From an uncultured delta proteobacterium (GTDB taxonomy: Bacteria > Myxococcota > Myxococcia > Myxococcales > Anaeromyxobacteraceae): a DNA stretch of 64,000 bases. Both the position numbers and the translations under genes were made by a program. Shown here piece by piece: positions 1-12,206 of the stretch (positions are counted from its first letter, which is position 1; each line of letters begins with the position of its first letter). The DNA lies in the NCBI GenBank assembly GCA_963845515.1, contig CAWJSR010000002.1, positions 144,555 through 208,554 of the forward strand. The letters are read 5' to 3'. The notes beneath the pieces were generated by a model. That model did not search any database. It was not told where the DNA came from and was given only the letters and a program-made list of their open reading frames with translations.

Positions 1-6
1 AGTCTC

Positions 7-1846
<1,840 letters not shown>

Positions 1847-1930
1847 GGGAAGTAGATATCGCAGCCAGTCGCATGGCGTCGAGGCGCACACGTGGGACGG
1901 TACCCGGAGGGTGCGCTAGGATGCGGCCGG

Positions 1931-3023
1931 ATGCGTCCCATATCCCTCGCCCCCACCCTCGCCCTCGCGGCCATCCTCCTCTCAGCCTGCGCCAGCCCGC
2001 GGGCCGTCGGCACGCCCGCGGTGGTGAGCGCCGAGCTCGGCATCTTCCGGGCAGCCGAGCTCGCGCGCGTCCGGTGCCTCGTGGTGGCGCCGTTCGAGAA
2101 CGCGTCCAGCGCGCCGCTCGCGGCGGAGGCGGCGACCGCCGCGCTCCTGTCGGGCGTGGGCGCCAGCGGCACGCGTGTCTTTCCGGTGAAGGAGCTGCGC
2201 GCGCTCTTCCGCGACACGCCGGTCGAGCTGCCCGAGGGGATCCCGCCCAGCCTCGCCATGGAGCTCGCGAAGCTCGTGGGAGCCGACGCCGCGATCTACG
2301 GCACCGTCGAGGGCTCCGCGGGCAGCTCCGAGACCGGGCTCCTGGTCTCCGTCCGGCTCGTCCTCTCTCCCGCGCGTGAGCTGCTCTACGCCTCGACCTT
2401 CGCGGTGAAGCCGCGGGCGGGCGAGGAGATCGAGGCCGCGGTGCGGCGCAGCCTCCGCGACGAGACCCACGAGATGTTCCTCCGGCTCGGGGGTTTCCGC
2501 GGCGGCGCCTGCTTCGAGCGCAAGCGGCTGGACTCGCTGCGCGCCCTCGCGCTCGCGGAGACCGCGCCGGCGCCAGCGCCGGCTGCGCCACCGGTGGCCG
2601 CCACCCGGGTGGCCGCGCCGGCCCCGGCCCCGACGCCGGTCACGGTGACGCCGCGCCAGAAGGAGTGGCTCCACAGGCTCGGGGGCGGCGAACCCTTCAT
2701 CGTCGAGGACGTCGGCTTCGCAGGGCGGACCACCCAGCTGCGAGCGCGACAGCGGGCTCGCCGACCTCGCCATCGCGCTCGCCGCCCTGCCCGAGCTGAA
2801 GCTCAGGATCGAGGGGCACGTCGACGCCACCCACGACTCGGCGGCCGATGCCCGGCTCTCGATGGCCATGGCGCAGGCCGCCGCCGATCGGCTCGTCGAC
2901 CTCGGCGTGCCGCGAGCCCGGATCCAGGTCGCGGGGCGCGGCGCCGAGAACCCCCGGCTGCCGAACTTCACCGCGCGCGGCCGCGCCACCAACCGCCGGA
3001 TCGAAGCGGTCGGCCTGAAGTAG
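1931..3023 (+). CDS. Lipoprotein with N-terminal alpha/beta domain and C-terminal OmpA-like peptidoglycan-binding domain (frameshift near 2745)
   Basis: Lipobox LSAC; Pro/Ala linker; shifted frame reads RIEGHVD...GRGAENP...NRRIEAVGLK* ending at TAG 3021-3023. Confidence 0.7.
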
Positions 3024-3033
3024 GGAGCCAGCC

Positions 3034-4326
3034 GTGGAACGACACCTGCGATTCTTCGCCACCTGCGCCAAGGGCACCGAGGGCGCGCTCCGCAAGGAGC
3101 TCGCCGCCGCCGGGCTGAAGCACCTCAAGGGCGAGCGCGGCGGCGTCCACTTCGAGGGGCGGCTCGAGGCCGGCATGCGCGCCTGCCTCCACTCGCGGAC
3201 CGCGATGAGGGTGCTCCTGGAGGTCGCGACCTTCCCCGCGCCCGACCGGGACGGGCTCTACGAGGGGGCGCGCGCGGCGGAGTGGACCGAGTGGCTGACG
3301 CCGAAGCACACCTTCGCCGTCGAGGCGAGCGTCGCCTCCACCACCCTCACCCACTCCGGCTTCGCCGCCCTCGTCGTGAAGGACGCCGTCGTCGACGCGC
3401 TCAGGGAGGCGGCGGGCGACCGGCCCAACGTGGACGCGAAGGATCCCGACGTCCTGCTGGTGCTCCACGTCGCCCGCGACCAGGCGACCCTCTCGCTCGA
3501 CCTCGCCGGCCACCCCCTCCACCGGCGTGGCTACCGTGCGGAGATGACCAAGGCGCCTCTCAAGGAGACGCTGGGCGCGGCCATGCTCTCCCTGGGCGGC
3601 GTCGCGCTCGACGCGCCATTCGTCGATCCAATGGCCGGCTCTGGGACGCTGGCCATCGAGCAGGCGCTGCGCGCCCGCCGGATCCCGCCCGGGCTGGGGC
3701 GGTCGTTCGGCTTCCAGCGCTGGCCCGCCTATCGCGGCGGACCGCAGTCGGCGTGGGATCGGCTCCGGGCCGAGGCACGCGCCGAGATCCTGCCGCACGC
3801 CCCCGCCCCCATCCTCGCGCGCGACCTCAACCCGAAGGCGGTCGCGGCCATCCGCGCCAACGCCGAGGCCGCCGGCGTGGGCGGAGACCTCGTCATCGAG
3901 CGCGGCGACGCGCGCGACCTGATCGGCGGGAGCGTGGTCGGCACGATCTGCACCAACCCGCCGTACGGGGAGCGGCTTGGCGGCGTCGACCGCTCCGACG
4001 AGCCGCCGCCCCGCAACGACCGGCAGGGCAGGCGAGACCGGCCGGACCGGCGCGGCGAGCCGGGGCACGACCGCGGCCGGCCCTCGCGCGACGCCGAAGA
4101 GGAGGAGGTCGATCCTCGCGTCGCGGCGAAGAAGCTGGCCGGGTTCTACCGCGGCTTCGCAGAGATGCTGGAGCGGCACGCGGGCTGGACGGCCGTCATC
4201 CTCTCCGGCAACACGGCGCTGCAGGATGCCATCCCCTGGCGCCCCGAGGTGGACCACAAGCTCTGGAACGGGCCGCTGGAGGTCCACCTCCTCCGCTACG
4301 TGGTCCCGCCGAAGCGCGAGCGCTGA
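3034..4326 (+). CDS. THUMP-domain RNA methyltransferase (RlmL-like)
   Basis: FATCAKGTE, LHRRGYR, APLKETL, DPMAGSGT, NPPYGERL motifs. Confidence 0.85.
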   Translation: MERHLRFFATCAKGTEGALRKELAAAGLKHLKGERGGVHFEGRLEAGMRACLHSRTAMRVLLEVATFPAPDRDGLYEGARAAEWTEWLTPKHTFAVEASVASTTLTHSGFAALVVKDAVVDALREAAGDRPNVDAKDPDVLLVLHVARDQATLSLDLAGHPLHRRGYRAEMTKAPLKETLGAAMLSLGGVALDAPFVDPMAGSGTLAIEQALRARRIPPGLGRSFGFQRWPAYRGGPQSAWDRLRAEARAEILPHAPAPILARDLNPKAVAAIRANAEAAGVGGDLVIERGDARDLIGGSVVGTICTNPPYGERLGGVDRSDEPPPRNDRQGRRDRPDRRGEPGHDRGRPSRDAEEEEVDPRVAAKKLAGFYRGFAEMLERHAGWTAVILSGNTALQDAIPWRPEVDHKLWNGPLEVHLLRYVVPPKRER

Positions 4327-4340
4327 CGGTTCGAAGCCGG

Positions 4341-4361
4341 GGTGCGGCTTTCTGCCGCACC
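4341..4361. promoter_or_regulatory. Perfect palindrome GGTGCGGC-N5-GCCGCACC (terminator hairpin or regulator site)
   Basis: 8-bp inverted repeat just after the methyltransferase stop and upstream of the FadL-like gene; no U-tract. Confidence 0.4.
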
Positions 4362-4517
4362 GGGCGCTCGCCGCCGCGTCTGGCCGCGGTTCGTTGACGC
4401 AGGCGCGAACCTCAAACCGATCGGCCCGCTCACACGACCGAACGCGACGTGTGTTCGCGGCCGGGCCATACCGGCCACGACCCGCAGCCCACGGCGCCAA
4501 ACGAGGAGCGGACCACC

Positions 4518-5759
4518 ATGAAGAGCGTCTCGTATCGCGGCTTGCTCGCGGCAGCGGTGCTGCTGTCGGCAGCGCCGGCCGCCGCCACCAACGGCATGCG
4601 CATGATCGGCTTCGGACCGGTGCAGGACTCGATGGGCGGCGCCTCGGTCGGCGCCCCGCTCGACTCCTCCACGATCGTCACCAACCCGGCCGGCATGAGC
4701 GCGCTCGGCATGCGCGTCGACGCCGCCGGCACGTACTTCAAGCCGACGGTGAAGTACACGGCGACGGACGCGCCTGGCACCGTCCGGCACGCGAGCAGGA
4801 GTCGGACCGGGCCGCCTCGATCATCCCGACGCTCGGCTTCATCTACCCGGTGAACGACAAGCTCTCCCTCGGCCTCGGCGTCGTCGGCGTCTCCGGCATG
4901 GGCGTCGACTACGCGGCCGACCTCTTCGGCAGCACGACGCTGACCTCCTACATGAACCTGCGCGTCGCCCCGGCGGCGTCCTACAAGATCAACGACCAGC
5001 TCGCGGTCGGCGTCGCCGCGAACCTCATGTACGCGACGATGGAGTAGGACGGTCGCGTGCGCGGCCATGGCGAGCAGGAGCCGCGCGACGCGACCGGCGC
5101 CTTCGGCTTCGGCGCCACGATCGGCCTCACCTACAAGCCGATCAAGGACCTCACGGTCGGCCTCGCCTACGAGACGAAGAGCTTCTTCGGCGACTTCGAG
5201 TGGGACATCCCGCGCACACGTACTTCACCGGCGCTCCCGTCATCGCCCGGCGGCACCGACAAGCTCGACTTCGACCAGCCGCAGGTCGTCACGCTCGGCG
5301 CCTCCTACCGCGTGATCGAGCCGCTCCTCGTCGCGGCCGACGTCGAGTGGATCAACTGGTCCGCCACCAACGGCAAGGACCAGCCCGAGTTCACGACCGA
5401 CACGAACCTCACCGGCGCGTCGCGCTGGAACATGAACTGGTCGGACCAGGTGGTGGTGAAGGTCGGCGCCGAGTACGCGGCGACGAAGGAGCTCAAGATC
5501 CGCGCCGGCTACAACTACGGGAAGATGCCGCTCGACGAGAACCGCGCCTTCGAGAACATCGCCTTCCCGGCCGTCGCCGAGCACCACGTCACGCTGGGCG
5601 CCGGCTACGACATCGGCGCGCTCACCGTGAACGTCGCCGGCGTCTGGTCGCCCGAGGCGAAGATCAGCGGCGCGAACACCGCGCCGCAGGGCATCCTCGA
5701 GCTACGAGACGAAGATGTCGCAGATCGCGCTCGACCTGGGCGTCGGCTACAAGTTCTAG
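4518..5759 (+). CDS. OmpP1/FadL-family outer membrane transporter (several frameshifts and an in-frame TAG at 5045)
   Basis: Signal peptide then ATNGMRMIGFGP...MGGA...NPAGM; GMGVDY; RAGYNYG; AFPAVAEHH; ends GVGYKF*; SD GAGGAG. Confidence 0.75.
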
Positions 5760-5766
5760 GCGCAGA

Positions 5767-5892
5767 CCCCCTCACCCGCGTCCATTGGACGTCCCCTCTC
5801 CTCCACCGGGGGAGAGGGCAAGGGTGAGGGGGCGGTCTCTCCCTCACCCTGCCCTCTCCCTCACTGAGGGAGAGGGAGGTGGAGGAGAGGGG
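5767..5892. repeat. Inverted doublet of a REP/BoxC-like palindromic repeat (CCCTCACCC..GCCCTCTCCC-loop-GGGAGAGGG)
   Basis: 5810-5830 is the near-inverse of 5841-5860; 5793-5807 is the perfect inverse of 5878-5892; lies between convergent genes. Confidence 0.8.
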
Positions 5893-5894
5893 CG

Positions 5895-7059
5895 CTAGAA
5901 TGAGAACTGCGAGCCGACCATGAGCTCCTTGGTCCGCTCGTTGAACGCGCTGTCGTTGTCGGGCAGCGAGAAGCGGTTGCCGTCGGCGATGTGGGCAGAG
6001 GCGCGCACGACGAAGTCGCGGGTGAACCAGTAGTTCACGCCGACCGCCGCCTCGCGGTGGCGCAGGAGCGACTGCGGGCCGGCGAAGCCGGACCAGTAGA
6101 GCTTCGTCGCCTCGACCTTCGCCACGGCCTGCCAGTGGTCGCCGAACCGGACGCCGCCCTCCACGTAGCCGGCGTCGCTGTTGGCGTTCGCCACGGAGAG
6201 CTGGTCGAAGGACACGGCCTCATCCGCGTACCCGGTCTGCCTCTTCTGGTAGCCGTGGAAGTACTCGGCGCGCAGCAGCCAGCGCTCCGTCTCGTACTGC
6301 AGCCGACACCGCTGCGACCCACGTCGGCACGGGCCCCTGCTCCTCCGGGGTGCGCCCCCAGAAGTAGGAGCCGCGGACCTGGAGCCCCTCGATCGGGGTG
6401 ACGAGCGTGAGCCGGCCGCCGACGCAGTCCTGCATCTCGACCCAGTTGCCCGGGTAGTCGGTGTCGACGCCGATGCCGGTCGTCCCGTCGAGGTCGGTCT
6501 TGACGGCCCAGGCGTCGTACGGGCTCAGCACGAACTGCGAGATCCCGCCCGCGAAGAAGTCGTAGGAGAGCTCGTGTCCTGCGGGGAGCTGCTTCGTCCC
6601 CGTCAGCCCGACGCCCAGGTACGAGTAGCCACCGAAGCTGGTGTTGCCGTAGACGCTGCTCGGGAGCCTGAGGAACGGGCGGACCGTGCCGACGTCGTTC
6701 ACGTCCCATGAGAGGCCGATCGGCACCTTCGGCATGCCGAACCGGATGCGGACCTCGTCGGAGGCGCGGTACTCGAAGAAGGCGTAGTCGACGCCGTTCT
6801 GCGTGTAGTCCTCGTCCTGGGTGAACTGGAAGGCCGCGGAGAGGTCGTCGGTCGCCTGCGCCCGGACGGCGAGCGCCAGCGCGGCGTTGTCGTAGTAGCC
6901 GTCCTGCGTCCCGAGCTGGAAGCTGTTCCCGTCGGTCTTCCCGTACGCCCAGTACGCGTAGCCGGAGATGTTGAGCTTGCCGTCCAGCAGGACGACGGCG
7001 TCGGCCCTTCCGGCCAGGAAGGTGAGGGCGAGCAGAGAGGCGAGGCGAAGCGTGCGCAT
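5895..7059 (-). CDS. Putative outer membrane porin / beta-barrel (frameshifts near 6220-6305)
   Basis: Signal peptide; VDYAFFEYR..IRFGMPKVPIG porin-like motif; C-terminal SQFSF; joins ORFs 6220-7122 and 5895-6215. Confidence 0.65.
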
Positions 7060-7175
7060 GTACATGTGTGGTGTTCCCCCGGGTTTGCGCCCTGACGACG
7101 AGCGGTCCGAAAACCCTATCAAGGGAGCGCCGACGGGTCACGATTCGCCTCGGCGGCGCGCTGCGGCGCGCCGCG

Positions 7176-7638
7176 TCATCGCCGCTTCAGCGATAGACCC
7201 ATGGTGAAGTGGGCCACCGGCTCCTCGCCGTGCTTCGCGGGGACCGTCGCGACCACCTCCACCGGGATGGTCACGCGCTCGCCCGTCGCGTCGGCGCTCG
7301 CCACCGCCGCCGCGATGCGCCGTCCGTCGGCGCAGGCGAACCTCACGTCGCCGTCGGCGCGCTTCAGGAACCGCCCCTGCACGTCGGCGAAGATGAGGCT
7401 CACCCTGGGATGGCGCTCGCGGATCAGCCGCGCAGCGGCGAGCCCGGCGGCGAGAATCGGCCCCCGCGCAGAGCGCGCCGAAGTACATGGACCCGACGTG
7501 GTTTCGCGAGCGCCAGCGGAGCCTGATGGAGACCTCGCACCGCTCCTCGTCCAGCCGCTCCACACGCGGGCCGAGGAACAGGAGCACCGGCACCCTGAGG
7601 GAGAAGAGGCGGACGAAGAGCGTCTCGCGCAGGAGCAT
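7176..7638 (-). CDS. Hot-dog fold thioesterase-like protein (DUF4442/PaaI-like; frameshift near 7455)
   Basis: RNHVGSMYFGAL..GAD, FLKRADGDV; TATGCT box 7 nt before ATG 7638. Confidence 0.75.
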
Positions 7639-7689
7639 CGGGTGGAGCATAGCGCCGGGCGTCCTGCCGCGCTTCGCGCTCCAGCAACT

Positions 7690-7724
7690 AAGAAGGCCGG
7701 AATCGCCCCTGGCGATCCCGGCCT
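7690..7724 (-). terminator. Probable intrinsic terminator of the small lipoprotein gene
   Basis: Minus strand AGGCCGGGATCGCC-agg-GGCGATTCCGGCCT followed by TCTT. Confidence 0.65.
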
Positions 7725-7747
7725 CGTCCTGACGGAGCGCTGTTGGA

Positions 7748-7945
7748 TCAGCGCGTCGCGCCGCCGGCCGCGCCGGCGACGGGAGACTTGGCGCTCTGCT
7801 TCTGCACGTACGGAGACTTCGCCTTCTTCCGCGAGTCCTTGACCGTGACCGAGACTTCCGGCGTCACGGAGTAGCTGGTGGACTTGCTGGTGGCGCAGCC
7901 GACGAGGAAGACGGGGACGACGGCGAGCAGGGCGATCCGCTTCAT
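7748..7945 (-). CDS. Small (65 aa) lipoprotein
   Basis: MKRIALLAVVPVFLVGC lipoprotein signal; followed by a terminator. Confidence 0.6.
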   Translation of the reverse strand: MKRIALLAVVPVFLVGCATSKSTSYSVTPEVSVTVKDSRKKAKSPYVQKQSAKSPVAGAAGGATR

Positions 7946-8098
7946 GCTTCGATCTCTTAGCACGAACGGGCCCGCAGGATCGCGATCCCGGCCTGTACCT
8001 TCTTTCAGCGACTGCGAGTGCGGCGCACACGGAGCGCGGCCCCCACACCTCTCGCACCTCGCGCCGTCCCACCCGCTCCCACCCATGCCGACCTGGGA

Positions 8099-9478
8099 TC
8101 ACATCGTGCCCCCCGCCGTCGGGGGCGGTGCAGCTGGACGGATGGACGGAAACCGACGCTCCACTGCCCCGAAGGCGAGGGTCGCGGCGAGCATCAGGAC
8201 CGCGAAGAACCAGAGCGAGGCAGCGTCGCCGAGCTCGACGAGCTCCAGGACGGAGAGCGTCAGGAGGTTTCCGAGGAACACCGTGAGGAACCAGATCGAC
8301 ATGATGGCGCTCCGCATGGAGCGCGGAGCCTGCGTGTAGCTGAACTCGAGGCCGGTCACCGAGACGAGCACCTCGCCGACGGTCAGGAGCAGGTACTGCG
8401 GGAACTGCCAGAGGACGCTGGGAGCGCGGCCGGCGTCGAGCACCATCTGCAGCGCCGCGGCGGCGACGAACGAGAGGACCGTGGCCGCCATCCCGACCCG
8501 CATCTTGGCGAGGGCGGTGGGCAGACGGCCGCGCCGCTCGAGCAAGGGGAAGACGACGACCGTGAAGAGCGGCACGAGGGTCATGACCAGGACCGGGCTG
8601 AGCGCCTGGAGCTGGGCCGGGGCGAGGGTCCAGCCACCGACCTGGAGGTCCATCTTCTCGGCCTGGATCACCCAGCTCGACCCCATCTGGTCGAAGAGCG
8701 CCCAGAAGACGGTCACCGCGGCGAAGACGCCGAGGACACGCATCACGGCCTTGGCCCCCTCGACGGCATCGAGCGGGTGCTTGTCGCGGGCCGCGTCGAG
8801 CCAGTGCTCGCCGGCCCGGTGCGTCCCGAGCCTGCGCACCGCGCGCGCCACCACGCGGACGAAGCCGTGGGGCTTCGGGCCGGACGGTGGCGAGGCGACG
8901 TAGTGGCGGCGCCCCGACCAGAAGACGAGCGTCGCGACGGCCATGGAGGCCGCCGGCAACGCGAACGCGACCGCCGGGCCGAAGCGCTGCAGGAGGAACG
9001 GGACCGCCAGGTTCGCGGCGGCGGCGCCGAGGTTGATGACCCAGTAGAACCAGCCGTAGACGCGCTCGAGGAGGCCGCGATCTCCGGCCGGGAGCTGCTC
9101 GCCGACGAACGCCGACGCGCAGGGGAGGATCCCACCGGCGCCGCAGGCGACGAGCCCGGCGCCGACCACGACGCCGGCCGGCGCCTGCCAGAGCGCCAGC
9201 GTCACGTAGCCTGCGATCGAGAAGAGGGAGAAGCGCAGGATGGTCGCGTACCTCCCCAGGAAGCGATCGGCCACCCAGCCCCCGACGAGCGGCGCCAGGT
9301 ACGCCGCCATCATGATGGCGTGGAACCAGCTCTTCGCGTCGCGCTCGGGGAGGACGACGTGGGTGACGAGGTACGACGTCAGGATCGAGCGCATCCCGTA
9401 GAACGCGAAGCGCTCGAGGGCCTCGTTGGCGATGACGAACCTGATCTGGGGTGGGTAGCGCAGGGCGGCGTCGCTCAT
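8099..9478 (-). CDS. POT/PTR-family proton-dependent oligopeptide transporter (MFS)
   Basis: ExxERFxFYG motif (NEALERFAFYG), FYWVINLG, GLEFSYTQAP. Confidence 0.9.
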   Translation of the reverse strand: MSDAALRYPPQIRFVIANEALERFAFYGMRSILTSYLVTHVVLPERDAKSWFHAIMMAAYLAPLVGGWVADRFLGRYATILRFSLFSIAGYVTLALWQAPAGVVVGAGLVACGAGGILPCASAFVGEQLPAGDRGLLERVYGWFYWVINLGAAAANLAVPFLLQRFGPAVAFALPAASMAVATLVFWSGRRHYVASPPSGPKPHGFVRVVARAVRRLGTHRAGEHWLDAARDKHPLDAVEGAKAVMRVLGVFAAVTVFWALFDQMGSSWVIQAEKMDLQVGGWTLAPAQLQALSPVLVMTLVPLFTVVVFPLLERRGRLPTALAKMRVGMAATVLSFVAAAALQMVLDAGRAPSVLWQFPQYLLLTVGEVLVSVTGLEFSYTQAPRSMRSAIMSIWFLTVFLGNLLTLSVLELVELGDAASLWFFAVLMLAATLAFGAVERRFPSIRPAAPPPTAGGTM

Positions 9479-9537
9479 CGGCGCGCAGTGTACAGCAGGG
9501 TGACGCGGCGAGAGGACGTCGGATAGAGTCGCGCACG

Positions 9538-9849
9538 ATGAAGAGCCTCTCACCTGACGAGGTGCGCGCCCTGAGCGACGCGGGCGGGGTCGACGTGATC
9601 GACGTCAGGGAGGCGCACGAGTGGATCGGCGGCCACCTCCCCGGCGCGCGGCTCGTCCCGCTCGGCACCTTCCTCAGGGATCCGCGCGCCAACGTCCACG
9701 GCGAGCGCGCGATCTTCGTCTGCGCCCATGGACTGCGCAGCGTGACGGCGGGGGTGGCCGCCGAGACGGCGGGCGTCCCCGAGGTCTTCAGCCTCGACGG
9801 CGGCATCATGTGGTGGGTCGCGAGAGGGCACCCGCTCGTCTACGAGTAG
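9538..9849 (+). CDS. Rhodanese-like sulfurtransferase
   Basis: IDVRE..EW..GHLPGA; active-site loop CAHGLRS; LDGG. Confidence 0.85.
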   Translation: MKSLSPDEVRALSDAGGVDVIDVREAHEWIGGHLPGARLVPLGTFLRDPRANVHGERAIFVCAHGLRSVTAGVAAETAGVPEVFSLDGGIMWWVARGHPLVYE

Positions 9850-9881
9850 CGGGCGGTGGCCGGGGGCGCTAAGAGTCTGCC

Positions 9882-11081
9882 GTGGCACGCGCCCTGTCGT
9901 TCTTCGTCTTCGTCTCCATAGCGCTGCTGGTCCTCGGCGGGATGCACGCCTACGTCTGGGCGCGCCTCGTGCGCGACACCGGTCTCCCCGATCCCTGGCG
10001 CAGGATCGCGACGGTCCTCCTCGCCCTCGCCGCGCTCGCGATCCCCGCGGCGATCGCCGTCTCGCGCCTCTCCGGGACGCAGCTCGCCCGGGTGCTGCCG
10101 TGGATCGCGTTCGTCTGGCTCGGTGTCGTGTTCCTCCTCCTGTCGGCCCTGCTGGCAATCGATCTCGTGCGGCTGGTCGCGAGCGGGGCCATCCAGCTGC
10201 GGGAGTGGCTCGCGCACGCGGACGATCCGCCGCCGGATCCAGCGCGGCGCCAGTTCGTCGCCCGCGCGGTCGCGGGGACCACGCTGGCCGTGGTGGCGAC
10301 CGCGGCAGGAGCCGCCGTGCGGACCGCCGGTGGGCCGGCCGAGATCGAGGAGGTGGCCGTGCGCCTCCCGCGGCTCCCACGGGCGCTGGACGGCCTCACG
10401 GTGGTCCAGATCTCCGACCTCCACGTCGGCCCGACCATCCGGCGTCGCGAGGTGGACCGGGTGGTCGAGCAGGCCAACGCGCTCCGGCCCGACGTCGTGG
10501 CGATCACCGGCGACCTCGTCGACGGCACCGTCCGGGAGCTCGGCGAGATCGTCGGCGGGCTGGCTCGCCTCCGTGCCCGCTACGGCGTCCACTTCGTCAC
10601 CGGGAACCACGAGTACTACTCGGGCGTCGAAGGCTGGGAGCGCTTCCTCCCGGGGCTCGGGATCCGCGTGCTCCGTAACGAGCGCGTGGAGCTCGGCGAC
10701 CACGGCGCCAGCCTGGACCTCGCCGGCGTCGACGACTGGCACGCCGGGCGCTACGGCAACGGCCACGGCTACGATCTCGAGCGGGCGCTCGCCGGCCGGG
10801 ATCCGGACCGGGCGCTCGTGCTCCTCGCGCACCAGCCGCTGGGCGTCGCGCCGGGGATCCAGCAGGGCGTCGGGCTGCAGCTGTCGGGCCACACGCACGG
10901 CGGCCAGATCTTCCCGTTCAACTTCGCCGTGCGCGCGGCGTTCCGCTACATCCGCGGCCTCTACGAGGTCGACGGGGGCGCCGGGTACGTCTACGTGTCG
11001 AGGGGGACCGGCTACTGGGGGCCGCCGATGCGGCTGGGCTTCCCTCCGGAGATCACGCGGATCACGCTGGTCGCGGGCTGA
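9882..11081 (+). CDS. Membrane-anchored metallophosphoesterase (YkuE-like)
   Basis: N-terminal TMs; SDLH, GDLVD, GNHE, SGHTHGGQ. Confidence 0.9.
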   Translation: MARALSFFVFVSIALLVLGGMHAYVWARLVRDTGLPDPWRRIATVLLALAALAIPAAIAVSRLSGTQLARVLPWIAFVWLGVVFLLLSALLAIDLVRLVASGAIQLREWLAHADDPPPDPARRQFVARAVAGTTLAVVATAAGAAVRTAGGPAEIEEVAVRLPRLPRALDGLTVVQISDLHVGPTIRRREVDRVVEQANALRPDVVAITGDLVDGTVRELGEIVGGLARLRARYGVHFVTGNHEYYSGVEGWERFLPGLGIRVLRNERVELGDHGASLDLAGVDDWHAGRYGNGHGYDLERALAGRDPDRALVLLAHQPLGVAPGIQQGVGLQLSGHTHGGQIFPFNFAVRAAFRYIRGLYEVDGGAGYVYVSRGTGYWGPPMRLGFPPEITRITLVAG

Positions 11082-11126
11082 CCCCTCGGACGCGGGCCCC
11101 GCTCACCTGGTACTCCCGGCGCCGGA

Positions 11127-12137
11127 CTAGCCGAGCAGGAGCTCGTCCAGCAGCTCCTGCTCCGTGATCAGCTCCTTGCGCATCATCAGGCGGATCAGCG
11201 CCGCCAGGAGCTGCGCCGGGCGCACCACGGTCGGCACCGCATCGTCGCCAGACGCCATCTTGCCGAGCGTGTCGAGGATGAGTGACTCCTCCGGCGTCAG
11301 CTCCCGCTGACCGGCCTGCGCGCCGGCCTCGCCCGGCTCCGACACGGCGGCCGGATTCCAGGTCGCCCCACCCTTGAGGGCGGGATCGTGCTCGAGGGGG
11401 ATCGGCTGGAGCTCCTCGGTCGTCTCGTCTGGGATGAGCTCCCCCTCGATGGGGAGGCTCCCGGTCTGCTGATCCTCCAGCTGGAGGTCGGCGGGGGACC
11501 CCGGGCGCGGCACCGGCGTGGAGGCACCCCTCGGACTCGCCGCGCGCCGGGGGACGGCGGCCGCCGGAGCGGCGACCTTGGGCTGCTGGAAGAACCGATT
11601 CAGCTCGTCGCTGGAGGTGGCGCCGATCGGATCGTAGAGCGGCTCGACCGCCGTGCCGTCGTCGGCGTCGAGCGCGATCGCCTCGCGCCCCGCCAGGGGG
11701 TCCGCGCCGTAGTGCGCTCGCACCGCCGCCGCGATGGCGTTCTCGCCGGCGATGCACACCTTGACGCGCTTCCCGGTCCTGAAGGCCAGCTCGTCGGTCA
11801 GCGCCAGGTTGGTGGGATCCGACATGGCGACGACGATTGAGCCGGTGTCGGCCGAGAGCGGGAAGATGTGGTTCCGGACCGCGTAATCGCGCGGGACGAG
11901 CGCCTTCGCCTGGCTGAAGGAGTACGGCTCGAGCCGGTCCAGCCGGGCGACGTCGAAGCCGAACTTGAGCGCGAGGGCGTCGACGATCGCCTCCTCGCTC
12001 GCGAGCTTCAGCTCCACGAGGATGCCGCCGAGCCGGCCGCCCCACTGGCGCTGGTGCCCCAGCGCCGAATGGAGCTGCGTCTCTCCGATGATGCCCGCCT
12101 CGACGAGCATCTCTCCCAGCCGCTTCTTGACCGCCAT
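11127..12137 (-). CDS. MshEN / GspE N-terminal domain protein without ATPase domain
   Basis: Tandem RLGxxL motifs (RLGEMLVEAGII..QL..AL..Q; RLGGILVEL) and VAMSDPTN; no Walker motifs. Confidence 0.8.
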   Translation of the reverse strand: MAVKKRLGEMLVEAGIIGETQLHSALGHQRQWGGRLGGILVELKLASEEAIVDALALKFGFDVARLDRLEPYSFSQAKALVPRDYAVRNHIFPLSADTGSIVVAMSDPTNLALTDELAFRTGKRVKVCIAGENAIAAAVRAHYGADPLAGREAIALDADDGTAVEPLYDPIGATSSDELNRFFQQPKVAAPAAAVPRRAASPRGASTPVPRPGSPADLQLEDQQTGSLPIEGELIPDETTEELQPIPLEHDPALKGGATWNPAAVSEPGEAGAQAGQRELTPEESLILDTLGKMASGDDAVPTVVRPAQLLAALIRLMMRKELITEQELLDELLLG

Positions 12138-12206
12138 TTCCCCGATGTTACGCGGTGCGAGCGCGATCAGTCGAGCAGCCCCGGCATGACGCCGGTCACA
12201 CCGCGC

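Noticed and set aside
4388..4411. FNR/CRP box upstream of the FadL-like gene
   Set aside because: Only a TTGAC half-site inside a GGTTCG..CGAACC repeat; the second half-site is absent
5045..5047. In-frame TAG in the FadL-like gene as possible pyrrolysine or readthrough
   Set aside because: It lies in a stretch with several neighbouring indels, and no pyl genes or other recoded TAGs are seen; a sequencing error is more likely
5767..5892. Palindromic repeats as a CRISPR array
   Set aside because: Units are inverted, with no regular repeat-spacer periodicity and no cas genes
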